Shown here: positions 60,418-64,000 of the stretch, in pieces
Layout: the number at the start of each line of letters is the position of its first letter
Position numbering within the stretch: position 1 is the stretch's first letter
IMG/VR virus record: IMGVR_UViG_3300031251_000005
Span: 1 to 64,000 of that record
DNA from: a virus
DNA length: 64,000 nucleotides
Strand: one strand, 5' to 3'
Program-made: the position numbers and the translations under genes
Notes under the pieces: generated by a model
Databases searched by the model: none
What the model saw: only the letters and a program-made list of their open reading frames with translations
What the model was told of the DNA's origin: nothing

Positions 60418-61281
60418 ATGAAATCCTTTCTAAAAAAACATTTAATCTTATTTATTGTATTAGCTATTATATTAATATCATTTACAGCATGTACTCCCAC
60501 TTTTACTGGTAAACCAGAACCAGTAACAGATGAAGACACTATCTTAGAGCAATCTATTGTTGATACCACTCAAGATATTATCAATAAATGTAATATTGCT
60601 AATACTACTATATGTAGAAATAAAATTATCTATTCTAAAATGATAGGAATAGATATTAAGTATTTTGAATTTCAAACACAATTAGTAAACTCATACAGAG
60701 AACTTACTTTTGGCACAGCTATTACTACCATAGGTCTAAATGCAGCAGAGGTATATACAGGGTATCCTTTATTATCTGTTTTATCTACTGCTATAATAGG
60801 TAGTAAAGCTGCTTATGATAGTAATATATTAATGGATAAAGCTATTTCTGGTATACAAACAGAAATGATATCACAAAGAAATATAGTAAAGATTAGATTA
60901 ATCCAAGGTATGCAACAAGACGTTAATACATATCCATTAGAATTAGCTTTAATAGATTTAACTGATTACTATAATGCTGGTACTTTAATAGCTGCTTACA
61001 ATGGATTGTCTGAGTCTGCTAGTAATAAGTCTACTGAGGTAAATAAAAAACTCAGTCAAGTAATTACAGCTAAGTATACTAATACTAAATCTAGTGATAT
61101 AATTCATAACTATATATTAGATAAAGATAATAACCCTATTATTGCTAATATACATACTTTAGATAACTGGTTAAAGGGTAAAGGTATTCCTGAACATTCT
61201 TCTATGTTTATGAATGATAGTAATCCTGATATTGAATTAAAGAGACAAGAAGCTATCACTGAATTAAATATTAATAACTGA
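60418..61281 (+). CDS. Putative lipoprotein
   Basis: Basic N-terminus, hydrophobic core and FTAC lipobox; YPL..AL.DL.DYYNAGT motif. Confidence 0.7.
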   Translation: MKSFLKKHLILFIVLAIILISFTACTPTFTGKPEPVTDEDTILEQSIVDTTQDIINKCNIANTTICRNKIIYSKMIGIDIKYFEFQTQLVNSYRELTFGTAITTIGLNAAEVYTGYPLLSVLSTAIIGSKAAYDSNILMDKAISGIQTEMISQRNIVKIRLIQGMQQDVNTYPLELALIDLTDYYNAGTLIAAYNGLSESASNKSTEVNKKLSQVITAKYTNTKSSDIIHNYILDKDNNPIIANIHTLDNWLKGKGIPEHSSMFMNDSNPDIELKRQEAITELNINN

Positions 61282-61292
61282 GGTATTATATA

Positions 61293-61451
61293 ATGACTGA
61301 AATAGAAGTAAGAGAAGAAATAGAGGAAGATGTACCACCATCTAAACTCCATGAGAAATTATCTATCATAGAAGCTAGTGGTGGAACTCATGAAGTATCT
61401 TTACAAATCAATGGTAATTATACAATTACCGCTACTTATTCAATATCTTAA
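61293..61451 (+). CDS. Small acidic protein (52 aa, not in ORF track)
   Basis: GAGGT RBS; MTEIEVREEIEEDVPPSKLHEKLS...; fills the gap in the operon. Confidence 0.5.
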   Translation: MTEIEVREEIEEDVPPSKLHEKLSIIEASGGTHEVSLQINGNYTITATYSIS

Positions 61452-61456
61452 TAATT

Positions 61457-61678
61457 ATGGAAAATAAAGGTCAATCAATAAAATATAGTTTTCTAGAATC
61501 ATTTACTAATACTATACTTGGGTATATTATAGGGGTAATGGTACAAATGTGGATATTTCCTTTATATGGTGTTAATATATCAGTTTTTGATAATATGTTT
61601 ATAGTAGCCGTGTTTACAACTATATCTTTTATTAGGACATATCTTTTACGTAGATTTTTTAATTTACTTTCAAAATAA
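61457..61678 (+). CDS. Small two-TM phage membrane protein
   Basis: SFLES.TN...GY...FP..G...N......FT.IS..R.Y..RR.FN pattern. Confidence 0.7.
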   Translation: MENKGQSIKYSFLESFTNTILGYIIGVMVQMWIFPLYGVNISVFDNMFIVAVFTTISFIRTYLLRRFFNLLSK

Positions 61679-61696
61679 CATTTCATAGGTAATTGC

Positions 61697-62548
61697 ATGC
61701 AACAATATTTAAATTTATTAGAAGACATTTTAACTAATGGAGAGATAGTTAGTAATAGAACTGGGATTAATACAATTCGGGTTGAAGGAAGGATGTTAGA
61801 GTTTGATATGAATAAAGGGTTTCCTTTATTAACTATTAATAAAGTTTATTATAAAAAAGCTTTTGCAGAAATGTTGTGTTTTATGAAAGGCCCTACTGAT
61901 GCAGCTAAACTACGATTAGCTGGTTGTAATTGGTGGGATAAGAATGCTAATGAAAATAAACAATGGTTAGCTAATCCTAATAGAAAGGGCATAGATGATC
62001 TAGGTAGAGTATATGGTGCACAATGGCGAGATTATAGAGCACCAGATGGTAGAATAATTGATCAATTAAAAATAGCAGTAGAGACTATTATTAAAGATCC
62101 TGATAGTAGACGAATTATTGTTGAAACATGGAACCCTGGTGAGTTAGATAGAATGGCACTACCACCTTGTCATAAATCCTATCAATTTATTTGTAATAAA
62201 TTAACCAATGAGTTATCTCTTATAGTAGATATTCGTTCATCAGATGTAATTTTAGGGCTATCTACTAACATAGCTATGTATGCTCTATTACTTAAGATAG
62301 TTTGTTATGCAACTGCTTATAAATCAAAGAAATTAATATTTTCTTTAAAAGACACACATATTTATGAAAATCACTTAGAAGGAGTAAGAGAGTTATTAAC
62401 TAGAACTCCAACCGAATTACCCAAACTACAAATTCATATGGGTCAAGAGTATCATGGAATGAAAGTAATAGATAAAATAAAAACCACAGATATTAAGGTT
62501 TTAGATTATAAAGCACAAAAACATTTAAATTTTGAAATGGCTGTCTAA
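61697..62548 (+). CDS. thyA: Thymidylate synthase
   Basis: MQQYL, NRTG, GFPLL, LGRVYGAQWR, DSRR, MALPPCH, RSSD and DTHIYENH motifs. Confidence 0.92.
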   Translation: MQQYLNLLEDILTNGEIVSNRTGINTIRVEGRMLEFDMNKGFPLLTINKVYYKKAFAEMLCFMKGPTDAAKLRLAGCNWWDKNANENKQWLANPNRKGIDDLGRVYGAQWRDYRAPDGRIIDQLKIAVETIIKDPDSRRIIVETWNPGELDRMALPPCHKSYQFICNKLTNELSLIVDIRSSDVILGLSTNIAMYALLLKIVCYATAYKSKKLIFSLKDTHIYENHLEGVRELLTRTPTELPKLQIHMGQEYHGMKVIDKIKTTDIKVLDYKAQKHLNFEMAV

Positions 62549-62687
62549 ATATAGAGTTATATTTTATGAGAGAATTTTTATATAAACTATTTATTTGGTT
62601 CATAGTTATCAATGTAGCTTTAGGTGAACTAGTATATGAGAGATATCAAGATATAATAAAGTTTATTAAAAAATAATAATATATGAG

Positions 62688-62722
62688 ATTGATACTACTA
62701 GCATTGCGCTAGTAGTATCAAT
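62688..62722 (+). terminator. Terminator hairpin near-identical to 23359-23393
   Basis: attgatactactagc-attgc-gctagtagtatcaat followed by attaccc. Confidence 0.8.
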
Positions 62723-62730
62723 ATTACCCA

Positions 62731-62835
62731 TATTTTTAAAGATTAGAATTATTTGAATATATATATAATAGAAATGGTATTAGAATAGTATTGCATTATT
62801 CTAATCTTTTTAAATTAAATAGGAGTAAGAACATG
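62731..62835 (+). repeat. Leader repeat copy 4
   Basis: tatttttaaagattagaattatttgaatatatatataatagaaatggtattagaatagtattgcattattctaatctttttaaattaaataggagtaagaacATG. Confidence 0.9.
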
Positions 62836-63576
62836 AATTGGTTTACAAAAGCTTTTGTTAGCACACTTTCAATAGAAAGCAAAGCTAAAAAATGTTCACA
62901 GATGGATTGCTGTGAACACGTTGAGGCTGATAACTCACTGTTGTCGGTAATTAGCCGTGAGAATGACTCGTTCGGCAGTGAGGCATATGGCATGTGTGAT
63001 GCATGCAATGAATGGAGTATGGAAGAAGAAGGCAAGGAAGAAGTAGTCTGCCATGACTGCAAAGAAACAAAGGAAAAGAAGGACACATATGAATGGAAGT
63101 GGTATGATTTTTATGCACCACAAGGAGATGAACCTCTATGTATTTGCGATGCCTGTCGTAAATTACCTAAGCATATTGCTCGGGTAAAAAAGGATAGACA
63201 GGAAAGGGATGAAGAGTTGTATGGGAACCAAGACTGTGATAGTGATCAGGATGACTACTATAGCTATTATTTAACTGGTGAGGAGAAACAGGAATTGGGT
63301 AATAATTCCACTGTTTTGGAATTGCAAGAGGCAGATGTAGAGTTTTACACTTTCAGGATGAAAGAACTTGTAAGTAAATTCGAAAAAGACTTTATCCCAA
63401 AAGAAAATAGTCTTCCAGAATATGTCGAACTCTATAATCTTGTATTGGAATGGTTGTCACAACAGGTCCATCCATACTGGAAGTTAGGTGAATTTGAAGC
63501 CGTTTTCAGTAGATTTCCAAAGGCATGGTTGGCTGATATGGCGCCACTAATCACTGGTAAAACAAAACCATTTTAA
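62833..63576 (+). CDS. Cys-rich (probable Zn-binding) accessory protein
   Basis: CCEH, CDAC, CHDC and CICDAC motifs; true start MNWFTK; GC-richer than core genes. Confidence 0.7.
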   Translation: MNWFTKAFVSTLSIESKAKKCSQMDCCEHVEADNSLLSVISRENDSFGSEAYGMCDACNEWSMEEEGKEEVVCHDCKETKEKKDTYEWKWYDFYAPQGDEPLCICDACRKLPKHIARVKKDRQERDEELYGNQDCDSDQDDYYSYYLTGEEKQELGNNSTVLELQEADVEFYTFRMKELVSKFEKDFIPKENSLPEYVELYNLVLEWLSQQVHPYWKLGEFEAVFSRFPKAWLADMAPLITGKTKPF

Positions 63577-63589
63577 TTAACCACTATCG

Positions 63590-63621
63590 TTATTCTAGTG
63601 AGCATATGCTCACTAGAATAA
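63590..63621. terminator. Perfect 32-bp palindrome
   Basis: ttattctagtgagcat|atgctcactagaataa. Confidence 0.75.
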
Positions 63622-63647
63622 ATCTATTATTTTTTGGGAGTATTAGA

Positions 63648-64000
63648 ATGTACAATACATTTACCAATGAAGAAATTATTAAATCTTTACTATTGAAACA
63701 AACATTGGAGAATGATGGTAGGGAATTTAAATTTATACGAGCACTTCCCGATAAATGCAACCCATGGCTATATGTAGAATATTACGAGGTAGATAAATTC
63801 CATTATCATCGTTTTATTTATAATGAAGAGATCGGCCTTAAACCAGTAAGTGCATTACAAAGCCTTATATTCCTACCTACTGGTACCACTGCGTATACGG
63901 ATGAAGATGTTACTGTAAATGGTCATGGTTGGGAATCTACTAATGATCGTGCTTCTCTTAGTATTAAATCTACGTTTGGTTATCGGCATATTTGCCGACT
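63648..64000 (+). CDS. Hypothetical protein, partial (runs off the right edge)
   Basis: GGGAG RBS; MYNTFTNEEIIKSLLLKQ... open to the window end. Confidence 0.6.
   Translation, partial: MYNTFTNEEIIKSLLLKQTLENDGREFKFIRALPDKCNPWLYVEYYEVDKFHYHRFIYNEEIGLKPVSALQSLIFLPTGTTAYTDEDVTVNGHGWESTNDRASLSIKSTFGYRHICR

Noticed and set aside
61697-62548. ThyA as a base-modifying (hydroxymethylase-type) enzyme because of DIRS/GLSTN variants
   Set aside because: Catalytic PPCH, RS.D, the dUMP-specifying Asn and D.HIY are retained, and DHFR and dcd are present; ordinary dTMP synthesis is the simpler reading.
1-64000. Stop-codon reassignment, introns or inteins, tRNAs
   Set aside because: Core genes are full length in the standard code and use all three stops; no splicing motifs or cloverleafs were recognised by eye.

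Overview
This AT-rich 64-kb window is part of a phiKZ-like (Chimalliviridae-type) jumbo myophage genome in the standard genetic code. The gene order follows the phiKZ core block as I recall it: baseplate and inner-head proteins, SF2 helicase, DnaB-like helicase, major capsid protein, a non-virion RNAP beta-type subunit, RuvC, portal, FDPTG-anchored tail fibres, RNase H, SbcC-like ATPase and tail spike. It also carries DHFR, dCTP deaminase and ThyA. The phiKZ gp numbers below come from synteny and remembered sequence features, not from a database search. The most notable observations are: (1) a ~1.1-kb non-coding locus (57.9-59.0 kb) with an array of AAAGGAG + 12-bp-stem/4-nt-loop hairpins, further GC-rich hairpins and a C-to-G strand-composition flip, which is a candidate replication origin and/or structured ncRNA; (2) four mosaic copies of a ~105-bp promoter-hairpin-RBS leader, each in front of a GC-richer accessory gene, two of them tandem nucleotidyltransferase paralogs; (3) a chimeric fibre adaptor joining a homologue of a 70-aa head-cluster protein to the C-terminal domain of a tail-fibre adaptor, next to a collagen/beta-helix fibre; (4) an exact 88-bp copy of RNAP coding sequence fused to a lytic-transglycosylase remnant; (5) two head proteins sharing an identical 12-aa N-terminus; (6) long, mostly perfect palindromes at most operon boundaries. 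No tRNA, rRNA, CRISPR array, intron or intein was recognised.
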